Source of the DNA: an uncultured cyanobacterium | GTDB taxonomy: Bacteria; Cyanobacteriota; Cyanobacteriia; Cyanobacteriales; CAWUOF01 | NCBI GenBank assembly: GCA_963744145.1 | Contig: CAVUSO010000001.1 | Span: forward strand, 1,742,831-1,806,830 | DNA length: 64,000 nt | Direction: 5' to 3' | Shown: positions 1 to 9,294 of the stretch, piece after piece | Numbering within the stretch: the stretch's first letter is position 1 | Layout of the letters: every line of letters begins with the position of its first letter | Notes under the pieces: generated by a model | Seen by the model: the letters and a program-made list of their open reading frames with translations, nothing else | What the model was told of the DNA's origin: nothing | Databases searched by the model: none | Made by a program: the position numbers and the translations under genes

Positions 1-1224
1 ATGAACTACATCAAACATAAGCTCAGGATTATTTTGCACAGTTTCTGGTGCTAATCCATATAACTCTAGACAGCGTGGACTGATATATAAAAAATTTATT
101 TGTTCATTTTTATCTAACCTAAATTGATAAATCATGCCGGGAATATTTGCAGCTAGATTAGTATATCTTGTATTACTATGACGTAACTTTTGTTCGGCTA
201 GTTTGCGCTCCAGAATTTCGGTTCTTGCTTGTTCAAATAAAGTGCATTGCTGAATCGCGATCGCTAGTTGGACAGACAATTGCTGAAGCGATTCTATTTC
301 CGAAGAATTCCACTGTCTGGTACTCCGACAATGATGGACAATCAGCATTCCCCATAACTGATTTTTGGTTTTCCTTCCTAATTTACTTAAAGCTGAAGGA
401 GAATGACTAGTTACGAGACTTAGTTCCCCTGATAGATCATCAGAATCGCAACTATTTTGCCAAATGGGAATAACCAAACTAGCTTGGACTTGAAACTTAT
501 GTAATAAATTCAGATAACCAGAATTCAAGGTAGAATTATTAATATCTTCAATTATATAAATTTTATCTTCAGAATCAAGGGTATGATAGTTTTCTTTGAG
601 ACAGCAGCAATCAATATTGCTTTGGGCGATCGATAACCAACCAGTACCTACAGATTCCACCACTACCACTCCACTCCAGTTAGGATTAAAGCGATAGATA
701 ATTGTGCGATCGGTTGATAAAAATTGCCGCACTTCATCTACTGCTGTTTGGAGAACTTCCTCTAAATTCAGAGAAGAGCGGATGCGTTTTTGCATAGCTC
801 CCACCAACCGCTCTTTCAAGAATTGCTGTTGTAAAGCTAATTCTGCTTGTTTACGTTCAGTAATATCCTCAGAAATCACCAATATATATTGAGGGTCTCC
901 CTCATCATCCAAAATTGGAATCTTTTTTGTATGGATGATTCTGCTCCCCTTAGTTTTGGTATGGATAGTTTCTTCGGCAATATCTAATAGTTTTTTCTCG
1001 GAGAGAACTTCTAAATCTTTAGCCATAAAAACCGTAGCTTCTTCTGGAGCAAAAAAATCAAAATCATTTTTGCCAATGATTTCTTCTTGTCCCATTCCCA
1101 GCAGTTCTTCACCAGCTTTATTACAGCGTTCAAATCGGAGAGTTTTGGCATCTTTAACAAATAACATATTGGGCAAATTTTCAATAATCGAATTCAGAAA
1201 AAACTCCGTATGCTGAAGCTGCAT
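1..1224 (-). CDS. PAS-GAF-PAS sensor segment, partial (3' end beyond window start); apparently the continuation of the 1241..5209 ORF after a frameshift
   Basis: Hand translation of the minus strand from an ATG at about 1222-1224 gives MQLQHTEFFLNSIIENLPNMLFVKDAKTLRFERCNKAGEELLGMGQEEIIGKNDFDFF... (PAS), ...ITERKQAELALQQQF..., ...LEEVLQTAVDEVRQFLSTDRTIIYRF... (GAF). It is colinear with the region after residue ~980 of the 1954-aa kinase at 14149..20013. It is absent from the ORF track because it has no in-window stop. Confidence 0.6.
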   Translation of the reverse strand, partial: MQLQHTEFFLNSIIENLPNMLFVKDAKTLRFERCNKAGEELLGMGQEEIIGKNDFDFFAPEEATVFMAKDLEVLSEKKLLDIAEETIHTKTKGSRIIHTKKIPILDDEGDPQYILVISEDITERKQAELALQQQFLKERLVGAMQKRIRSSLNLEEVLQTAVDEVRQFLSTDRTIIYRFNPNWSGVVVVESVGTGWLSIAQSNIDCCCLKENYHTLDSEDKIYIIEDINNSTLNSGYLNLLHKFQVQASLVIPIWQNSCDSDDLSGELSLVTSHSPSALSKLGRKTKNQLWGMLIVHHCRSTRQWNSSEIESLQQLSVQLAIAIQQCTLFEQARTEILERKLAEQKLRHSNTRYTNLAANIPGMIYQFRLDKNEQINFLYISPRCLELYGLAPETVQNNPELMFDVVH

Positions 1225-1240
1225 ATTTTGCCAATTTAAT

Positions 1241-4200
1241 TCAGAATCTAGCTTGCTTTTCTTGTTCCAAAAATTTAGCTTGAGCGATCGCGATTCCTAG
1301 TTGGGCTGCAACGGATTCTAACAGTTCAATTTCATCGGTTGTCCAGACCCGGTAAGGATTTTCATCTTCCAATGATGGTCGAACACACTGATGTAACCAA
1401 ATCGCACCGTTAGGTTCTCCTTGATAAGAAGTTCTCACTGCTAACAAAGACTTAACTTGGATTTGATGACACCAGGATATGATCGGTTGCAGCAGAGGAT
1501 CAGTATCAATATCTGGTGCAGAAATAGCATAATCTTGACCTAACATTTGCTGGAGATAAGGATTGTCAATCATGGGAATATCCCAGCATAATGCGGATGA
1601 ATATCCGGGCACAACATACTCAGCTACTAAGGGTAACTTTGGTTCAGGATCAACTACATATATATGAATTAAACAGCGATCAATCTTCAGCAGTTGCGCT
1701 AGATGAGTTGCCGCAGTAGCAAAGATTTCATGGGGTTCTAAACTAGAGCGAATTTTATCAGTTATTTGTTTGAGTAATAGAGTGCGTCTAAATTGTTCTT
1801 TTAAAGCTTCAACGGCGATCCTTTCCTCGGTAATATCAGACTGAATCCCAATATAATGAGTCAAATGTCCCCTATCATCACGCACGGGAGACATGGAAAA
1901 TTCATTCCAAAATAAGATACCATCTTTCCGATAGTTACGTAAGATGACTCGACAGGTTCTTTCTGCGCGAAGTGCCATCCGAATTTCTTCAAGTGCGGGT
2001 TGCTCAGTATCATCTTTCTGTAAAAATCGGCAATTTTTACCAAGAACATCTCGAGGTGAATAACCTGTAATAGTTTCAAAAGCTGGATTTACATAAATCA
2101 GAGGATTGTCCGGAAGTTGAGCATCACTGATGACAATACCATTGTTAGAAGCAGCGATCGCTCGTTCTAGTAACCGTGAACGTTCTTCAGCTTGTTTTCG
2201 TTCTGTAATATCGATCCAATAACCAACATATTCAATCGGATTATATCCAGAATCGCAAATCAATCTGAGCTGATTATAAAGACAACGATAGGTGCCATCA
2301 ATATGTAAAAAGCGATATTCTGTGGTATAGTTACCATCTCTACATAGATCAGGTAATTGAGCCAAAACTCGCTCAAGATCTTCTGGGTGAATGTGATTTT
2401 TCCAAAAATTTACATCTTCGAGAAAATCTTTTGCTTGATAACCCACAATATTACTAACGTTTTCACTGATAAAAGTAAAAGCGTAATCTTCCGATGGTTT
2501 ACAACTATAAATTACGGCTGGACTAGAAGTAAGTAAATGTTGGAGACGTTCCCTTGCTAATTGTAAAGCACACTCGGCTTGTTTGTGATCGCTAATATCT
2601 TTATTGGTCCCAGTTATGCGTAGTGCTGTACCAGATTCATCCCGTTCTATTACTTTACCATGACAGAGAATCCACTGCCACTCCCCTGATTTTGACCGGA
2701 GACGTAATTCGACTTTGATAAAAGCGGTTTCTCCAGTTAAATTCGCTTGAAAATTAGTTTGGAAAATGGGCAAATCTTCTGGATAGATGAGTTGTTCCCA
2801 AGCTAGATATGTGTTACTAATTTCATCTACTTCATATCCCAACATTTTTTTCCATTGTGGATCAAAATATGCTTCTCCAGTAACTAAATTCCAATCCCAG
2901 ATAGCTAAGGCACTACCTTCTAAAGCTAATTGTAGCCGCTGTTCGCTTTTATGTAAAGCTAATGAGGCTTGTTTACGCTCGATTCCGACTGCGATTTGAC
3001 TAGCAATTGATGCTAAAAACTCTTGACTATTTAAGGTTAAAGGATGAGTAGTGAATATCCCCATTACACCTACTAATTGTTTTTCGACAATTAATGGATA
3101 GCCCGCAAAAGCCACGATCCCTGTTTGTTTAGTCCAATTTAAACCCGACTCTAACTTAGTCAATTCTGGTTCGTGATCTAAATTATTAATTAGGTATGAT
3201 TGGCGTTGAGCCGCAATTAAACCGATGATGGAACTACCGACAGGGATGTTAATATCAGTATCATTAATTTGGCTATAGTTTCCCGTACTAGCTTTCAGTT
3301 CTAAAACATTTTCGACCTGGTTAAATAGCCAAATTCGGGCTAACCCAGTCTGAAAATGTTTTGCCAATGCTTCACAACACTGGTGTAACATCACTGATAA
3401 TTCGCTTCCCTCGGTTAAAGCTAAACCAATACTAGATCTTAATCCCGATTGTTTGACTCTTTGAGCTAATTCTTCTGCTGCTTGTTTACTTTGAGTGATG
3501 TCAGTAATCGTACCCAGAATTTGTCGGACTTTTCCCTGATCAGTTCTACTAAATACAGTATCGCGACTACTGATCCAACGCCATGTTCCGTTGTGATGTT
3601 TAAACCGATATTCGATTTCAAAAATATCCCCATCAGCACCAGTTTCAATTTGTTGGTAATACTGAGTGATTCTAGCTCGATCTTCTGGATGAATTAGGTT
3701 ATTTAAGAATCTAGCACCACTGGTTTGAACTTCGGCTGGAGTATAACCTAAAATTGGGCTGATTTGCCGATTAGTATAGATGTTACGCTTTTCCAGTGTG
3801 TCGTATAAATATAAAATATTTGGGCTTGAGTCGGTAATTCGTTGGATAAAATGCTGACTCTCTCGCAAAGCGATTTCTGCTTCATGTCTACCGGATGCGA
3901 TCGCGATTATTTCTCCGACCAATTGCAGAAATTTAATTTCTCTATCCTGCCAATTTTTGCAGGAACGAACCGTATCTAATCCTAAATAACCAATGGTATT
4001 GCCCCCATTGACCATCGGCACAATTAATAAAGATTGAATTGATTTCTTTTTCAATTCTAATTTAATTACTTCTGTGGTATTTGCTAAGTCAGCTTCTGTT
4101 GAGATTTCTAAAATATTACCTTGACTAATTTGTTGTTCAATCCATTGCTGACAGGGAAAGGCAATCTTTTCAATTCCCTTGACTAATGGGTTAATATCTT

Positions 4201-5209
4201 GATGATTCCATTGATGGGTAGGCACCAATTTTTGATCTAAATAGCGCATAATATAGCCGCGATCGCTTTCCATAAACTCCCCAATTGCTTGCAGGGTAAA
4301 ATTAATCGCATCATTTAAGTCATAATTGATAAAAAATCGGGATATAATGCTCAATAAATTATCGATTTTGGCTCGCTCTTGCAATTCTTTTTGAGCCAAT
4401 TGTCGATCGGTAATATCTTTAGTAACACCAAGAATACAAGTTTCTCCATTCAATTCGATAATTTCTGCTGATAAAAGTCCTGTACGATTTTCACCTAACT
4501 TAGTTCGGTATTGAAATTCGAGGTTCCTAATTAATCCATCTTTTTTTAACAATTGTTTCAAGGTGACAATTTTTTTTAAATTGACTCCCATCCCCAAGGT
4601 AAATCCAGTCGTACCAATCACTTCTTCCCGATCATAACCAGTCATCTGACAAAAACTGTCGTTGACTTCAATATAGCGTCCTTCTGCTAAGGTACAAATT
4701 GCCATTGAGTCAGGAGAAGAACGAAAAGCTTTAGCAAATTTTTCTTCTGATTTTTGACGAAATTTAATTTCGTTTTGTAATTGAGTATTTTGTTGAATTA
4801 GTTGTTTTTGTAACAAACGTATCCGTAATTGATTTTCAATTCGGGCTAAAACTTCTTGGATCTGTAATGGTTTAGTAATATAGTCTACTCCCCCAACTTC
4901 AAAAGCTTTTACTTTATCTAATTCTTCATATAAAGCACTGATAAAAATTACTGGGATATCTTGAGTTCTTTGATCTAATTTTAGTTGTTTACAAACCTCA
5001 TATCCATCTATATTGGGCATCATAATATCTAATAAAATTAAATCTGGTAATTCAGAAATAGCTGCATTGATCGCGTTCTCTCCATCAGCTATACTAATCA
5101 CATCATATCCGCGTTTTTTTAAAATTTTGGATAATAACTGTAAGTTAGTTATATTATCATCAATAATCAGAATATTAGTCTTCAGGGGAATAGTTTGGAT
5201 ATTGTTCAT
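1241..5209 (-). CDS. Response-regulator receiver + multiple PAS/GAF sensor domains (N-terminal part of a giant hybrid sensor kinase paralog); no kinase core within this ORF
   Basis: N-terminus ILIIDDNITNLQLLSKILKKRGYDVISIADGENAINAAISELPDLILLDIMMPNIDGYEVC is a classic REC domain with the phospho-Asp motif. Repeated PAS blocks carry coiled-coil linkers (ITERKQAE..). GAF-like segments are present (GNTIGYLGLD.., DRCLIHIYVVD..). The whole ORF is colinear with the first ~980 aa of the 1954-aa protein at 14149..20013. Confidence 0.8.
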   Translation of the reverse strand: MNNIQTIPLKTNILIIDDNITNLQLLSKILKKRGYDVISIADGENAINAAISELPDLILLDIMMPNIDGYEVCKQLKLDQRTQDIPVIFISALYEELDKVKAFEVGGVDYITKPLQIQEVLARIENQLRIRLLQKQLIQQNTQLQNEIKFRQKSEEKFAKAFRSSPDSMAICTLAEGRYIEVNDSFCQMTGYDREEVIGTTGFTLGMGVNLKKIVTLKQLLKKDGLIRNLEFQYRTKLGENRTGLLSAEIIELNGETCILGVTKDITDRQLAQKELQERAKIDNLLSIISRFFINYDLNDAINFTLQAIGEFMESDRGYIMRYLDQKLVPTHQWNHQDINPLVKGIEKIAFPCQQWIEQQISQGNILEISTEADLANTTEVIKLELKKKSIQSLLIVPMVNGGNTIGYLGLDTVRSCKNWQDREIKFLQLVGEIIAIASGRHEAEIALRESQHFIQRITDSSPNILYLYDTLEKRNIYTNRQISPILGYTPAEVQTSGARFLNNLIHPEDRARITQYYQQIETGADGDIFEIEYRFKHHNGTWRWISSRDTVFSRTDQGKVRQILGTITDITQSKQAAEELAQRVKQSGLRSSIGLALTEGSELSVMLHQCCEALAKHFQTGLARIWLFNQVENVLELKASTGNYSQINDTDINIPVGSSIIGLIAAQRQSYLINNLDHEPELTKLESGLNWTKQTGIVAFAGYPLIVEKQLVGVMGIFTTHPLTLNSQEFLASIASQIAVGIERKQASLALHKSEQRLQLALEGSALAIWDWNLVTGEAYFDPQWKKMLGYEVDEISNTYLAWEQLIYPEDLPIFQTNFQANLTGETAFIKVELRLRSKSGEWQWILCHGKVIERDESGTALRITGTNKDISDHKQAECALQLARERLQHLLTSSPAVIYSCKPSEDYAFTFISENVSNIVGYQAKDFLEDVNFWKNHIHPEDLERVLAQLPDLCRDGNYTTEYRFLHIDGTYRCLYNQLRLICDSGYNPIEYVGYWIDITERKQAEERSRLLERAIAASNNGIVISDAQLPDNPLIYVNPAFETITGYSPRDVLGKNCRFLQKDDTEQPALEEIRMALRAERTCRVILRNYRKDGILFWNEFSMSPVRDDRGHLTHYIGIQSDITEERIAVEALKEQFRRTLLLKQITDKIRSSLEPHEIFATAATHLAQLLKIDRCLIHIYVVDPEPKLPLVAEYVVPGYSSALCWDIPMIDNPYLQQMLGQDYAISAPDIDTDPLLQPIISWCHQIQVKSLLAVRTSYQGEPNGAIWLHQCVRPSLEDENPYRVWTTDEIELLESVAAQLGIAIAQAKFLEQEKQARF

Positions 5210-5283
5210 AAAAAATCAAGTACAGTAAATTACGTTTCGGCAAATAATAATTTTTCTTAATTCTTTTGATTGAAGAAATTACC

Positions 5284-5372
5284 TTCAATTCTTGCTCCCC
5301 CTTTATAAGGAAGTTGAGGGGATCAATTCTTGCTCCCCCTTTTTAAGGGGGTTGGGGGGATCGGATGCAGCT
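5284..5372. repeat. Short direct repeat (ttcaattcttgctcccccttt x2) with a CCCCCTTTTTAAGGGGG hairpin and a GGGGGGATC motif; the same motif family recurs at 42871-42965
   Basis: Read directly in the sequence; the hairpin is a perfect palindrome ccccc-ttttta-aggggg. Confidence 0.5.
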
Positions 5373-5685
5373 TCATAAAAAATTGGTATAAGTAACTTAC
5401 CTAATTACAATCTTTAGCAATTACCAAAGAAAGTAGTTAAATTAAAATTTAACCGGATTGTCCCTAAGCTTGCTCCTTTTACCTCAACAATTTAGTTATA
5501 TCTTTATTCCCACCTTTAGGTCACCCCAACCTATTAGCGATCTGATGCTCATCTATGCTAGTAACCAATATGCAAACATAGCCATTTATGTTTTCGTTAT
5601 GTCTAAATTACATTTTAATCTATAAATACATAAAAAAAAGGGTTTGTCAAGAATATATAAGAGTTTTTAGGTAATTTGGCCCAAT

Positions 5686-8600
5686 TTAGCTCACTGGGGA
5701 TAAATGATGTTTGTAAGGGATGGCAATTATCAACTCTGTACCTTGTGCTATTTGCGAGTTAAAATTAAGACTTCCTTGATGTTTTTCAGTAATAATCTGA
5801 TAACTAATTGATAGTCCAAGTCCTGTCCCTTGTCCCACTGGTTTGGTGGTAAAGAAAGGGTCAAATATGCGATCGCGAACCGAGCTGGAAATACCAATCC
5901 CATTGTCAGCAATCCTAATTATCACTATTTTTTCTAATGGTTTAAATTCAGTAGAAATATAAATTTGGGGGTTCAAGAAAGATCCGGACTGAAGTTTTTC
6001 TTCGATCGCATCAATAGCATTATTCAAAATATTCATAAATGCCTGATTTAAAAGACCTGGATAACATTCCACTAGTGGAAGGTTTCCGAAATTTTTAATT
6101 ACCTGAATTTCCGGTCGTCTCGACTGTTGTTTGAGTCGCTGTTGTAAAATCATTAGTGTACTATCAATCCCAGCATGGAGATCAGATTCTTTCATTTCAG
6201 CTTCATCCAGACGAGAGAAATTCCGTAAAGATAAAACAATTGTTTTAATCCGTTCAGCCCCTTGTTGCATAGAACAGAGCAATTTTTGAAAATCCTCTTT
6301 GATAAAATTCAGGTCAATCCGCTCGAGTCGATCGGCAATTTTGGGGATGGGAGTTGGCTGAGATTTTTGATAAAGTTCGATCAATTCAATTAACTCTTGA
6401 GCATATTCACTAGCATAGGTAATATTTCCATAAATAAAACTGACAGGATTGTTAATTTCGTGAGCAATTCCCGCAACTAACTGACCGAGACTAGCCATTT
6501 TTTCATTTTGCACTAACTGGGCTTGTGTATTTTTTAATTCATGGAGAATTAATTCCAATTGTAAAGCTTTTGCACGTTCTCTCTGTTCCGATTTTTGTAA
6601 CGCAATTTCTGAAGTTTTCCGTTCAGTGATATCCATAATTGTCCCAAATAACCGCACAATCTGATTAAAATTGTTTAAGACGGCTTTTCCTTTAGCATTA
6701 ATATATCTGATGCTTTCATTCGGACCTAAAATCCGACAATCAAGCTGATAAGATTCCCCTAATTTCATCGCTTTTAATACTGTGCGTAAATAACCCTGAC
6801 GATCATCGGGATGAATCATTTGAATAACTTCAGCTAAAGTAGGTAGTTGTCCATTCGTCAGACCAAAGATGCGGAATAATTCATCTGACCAAGTAAAAAG
6901 TCCGGTGTTGACATCAAATTCCCAATTACCAATATGAGCAATTTTTTGAGCTGCTTGTAAGTTTTCTGTGAGTTGGAGTTTAGCTAATTGAGCAGCATAG
7001 CGATCGCTCAGGTCTTGATGTGTTCCAATCATCCGCACAGGTTTACCAGTTTCATCACGTTCAAACACTTTTCCCTGAGATAAAATCCATTTCCACTCCC
7101 CCGATTTATGTCGCATTCTAAATTCAACTTCATACATAGGAGTACGACCTTCAAAATGCGCTGTTAAAGCTTTAATAGATTCCGCTAGATCCGCAGGATT
7201 TACTAACCGCTTCCAAGCTTGAAATGTATCTTCAATCTCTGTTACTTCATATCCTAAAATTTTTTTCCATTGGGGATCAAAATAAATTTCTCCAGTTAGT
7301 ATATTCCAATCCCAGATCCCTAATTCACTACCAGCTAAAGCCATTTGTAAACGCGCTTCGCTCGATTGTAAAGCTAAAGCCGTTTTTTTACGTCCAATCC
7401 CTACAGCGACTTGACTAGCAATTGATTCGAGCAGATTTCGCAGATTGGAGTTGAAACAATGACGGGCAGACATCGCGATCACACCCACTAGTTGCTCTTC
7501 TAAAATTAAAGGATAACCAGCAAAAGCTACAATTCCTTCTTTTTTGATCACCTCTGGATTACTAATCAGAGGGTCATTGGCAATATTATTAGTTATATAA
7601 GCTTGACGTTCAGCTGCAATTAAATCTATTTTTAAGCTATAATAATTACCAAGATCAGCATCATGGCCAGCACTAGCTTTAAGTTCTAAGATATTCTCAG
7701 TTTGATTCAGTAGCCAAACTTGAGCTGATGGAGCATCTAAATATTCTACTAATGCTTGACAACATCGATTCAACATCTCCGGTAAATCACTACCTTTAGT
7801 TAAAGCTAGACCAATATTAGACCTTAAAGCTGACTGTCGCGCTCGTTGAATTAACTCCGCTTCTACTTGCTTATTTTCAGTAATGTCAGTTGCTGTACAA
7901 AGAATCTGCTGTACTTTCCCTGTCCTAGTTCTAGTAAAGATTACATCCCGACTGACAAACCAGTGCCATTTACCATTCCGATTCCGTAATCGATATTCAA
8001 TTTCAAATATATCCCCATCAAGTCCGAATTCAATTTGTTGATAATAATTAGGTAGTCTCGCTAAATCTTCCGGGTGCATCAGATTAGCAAATAATTCAGC
8101 CCCCATGATTTGCATTTCTGCCACGGAATAACCTAACATTAAAGCCATATTACGATTAGCATAAATCTGGTGATTGGCAATCAGATCATAAACATAAAAA
8201 ATATTAGGGCTTGATGCGGCAATTTTTTGAATAAAATTTAGCTTTTCTGTCAACAGGGAGTTATTTCTTAGTAGGGTTAGATCTGGTTTCTGCTTTAATT
8301 TAGCTGATTTTTTACTGATCGAGCGAGCGATCGCTAAAAATCCAGTCAGATTCCTGCTTTCGTTATATAATCCTGTGATTGATAAAAAAACTGAAAACTT
8401 AGTCCCATTTTTGCGAATATAAGTCCATTCTCTCTCTTCGATTTCTCCCCGTCTTACCTTGGTAACTAAAACCTCAAATCCTGGTGTGATTACCATTCCT
8501 AATTCTTGGGATAACTCTCGGGCACGTTCGCTAATTTCTAATGGACTATGCAGCATCATCAGCTCACCAAGTCCGATGATTTCGTCAGCTTGATATCCTA

Positions 8601-8820
8601 ATAACTTTTCTGCGGTTCTATTAAAAGTAACTATGCTACCATTAATGGTAGTGGAGATAATGGCATAATTAGCACTATCTAAAATTGTCTGTAGTAATTT
8701 TTCTTGGTCTGGAGCTGAATTAAACATTTGGGGTTTAGCTTGACTCATTGCTTTAATTCTGCTAAAATTCATTATCTTTAATCTATAATTTACTAGAATT
8801 TTTATTAATTGACCAGCCAC
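5686..8820 (-). CDS. Multi-sensor (PAS/GAF/PAS) signal-transduction histidine kinase
   Basis: H-box AHEINNPVSFIYGN, N-box NILNNAIDA, G1 DNGIGI, G2 [11 protein letters not shown]. The upstream PAS/GAF blocks are paralogous to the central part of ORF 1241..5209 (for example GDIFEIEYR..NG.W.W, IWDWN..TGE.YFDPQWKK.LGYEV). Two in-frame ATGs a few codons downstream (MNFSR, MSQAK) could be the true start. Confidence 0.85.
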   Translation of the reverse strand: MAGQLIKILVNYRLKIMNFSRIKAMSQAKPQMFNSAPDQEKLLQTILDSANYAIISTTINGSIVTFNRTAEKLLGYQADEIIGLGELMMLHSPLEISERARELSQELGMVITPGFEVLVTKVRRGEIEEREWTYIRKNGTKFSVFLSITGLYNESRNLTGFLAIARSISKKSAKLKQKPDLTLLRNNSLLTEKLNFIQKIAASSPNIFYVYDLIANHQIYANRNMALMLGYSVAEMQIMGAELFANLMHPEDLARLPNYYQQIEFGLDGDIFEIEYRLRNRNGKWHWFVSRDVIFTRTRTGKVQQILCTATDITENKQVEAELIQRARQSALRSNIGLALTKGSDLPEMLNRCCQALVEYLDAPSAQVWLLNQTENILELKASAGHDADLGNYYSLKIDLIAAERQAYITNNIANDPLISNPEVIKKEGIVAFAGYPLILEEQLVGVIAMSARHCFNSNLRNLLESIASQVAVGIGRKKTALALQSSEARLQMALAGSELGIWDWNILTGEIYFDPQWKKILGYEVTEIEDTFQAWKRLVNPADLAESIKALTAHFEGRTPMYEVEFRMRHKSGEWKWILSQGKVFERDETGKPVRMIGTHQDLSDRYAAQLAKLQLTENLQAAQKIAHIGNWEFDVNTGLFTWSDELFRIFGLTNGQLPTLAEVIQMIHPDDRQGYLRTVLKAMKLGESYQLDCRILGPNESIRYINAKGKAVLNNFNQIVRLFGTIMDITERKTSEIALQKSEQRERAKALQLELILHELKNTQAQLVQNEKMASLGQLVAGIAHEINNPVSFIYGNITYASEYAQELIELIELYQKSQPTPIPKIADRLERIDLNFIKEDFQKLLCSMQQGAERIKTIVLSLRNFSRLDEAEMKESDLHAGIDSTLMILQQRLKQQSRRPEIQVIKNFGNLPLVECYPGLLNQAFMNILNNAIDAIEEKLQSGSFLNPQIYISTEFKPLEKIVIIRIADNGIGISSSVRDRIFDPFFTTKPVGQGTGLGLSISYQIITEKHQGSLNFNSQIAQGTELIIAIPYKHHLSPVS

Positions 8821-9294
8821 TACTGCTTAATTCGATCTAATTATTATTGTAATCGAAATTAATTGATTAAAATATTAAATCTTCGATAAAGTTTTATAGA
8901 AAAATGTAAAGTTTAATCACAAATTAGATTTCGATGAAATTTTTCCTATTGCTCAATATCCATCCTTGACTGAGGTGATTTTAACTAGACCAGAATAATT
9001 TGATGATTTAGATTTCAATATGTTAATAACTATTAAGTAATTTTTGGGCAGAACCAATGACAAAAATTAACTAATTAATTCGCATTGGGACTAAGCAAGA
9101 TCACTTACTTCTGTCATAAAAAATTACTGGCAGGACTTACCCAAGAACCCTATATCTAGTAAGTAAAATGGGTCTGTCCCCCCACAAATAGCGTTTAAAT
9201 TAAATATTCGGGTGATTTTGACTTGTTTAATCGCTAGTTTGTGTTATCTTGTTAGATCCGTTGATTCCTGCTTTAATGGGTAGGTATAAGTCCC
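8821..9294. promoter_or_regulatory. AT-rich 470-bp divergent intergenic region (promoters of the kinase gene and the CyRepA-like gene; possibly origin-like)
   Basis: No ORF; very AT-rich, with several TCGAT/TTCGA-containing short repeats; it lies directly upstream of a replication-protein-like gene. Confidence 0.3.

Noticed and set aside
168-1216. Three plus-strand ORFs (168..410, 704..892, 935..1216) of 62-93 aa
   Set aside because: They lie antisense to a clearly coding minus-strand PAS/GAF gene (hand-translated) and have low-complexity composition, so they are shadow ORFs.
1861-3697. Small ORFs 1861..2079, 2787..2999, 3466..3648, 3482..3697 inside the 1241..5209 gene
   Set aside because: They are embedded in, or antisense to, a 1322-aa ORF with strong domain evidence; no independent support.
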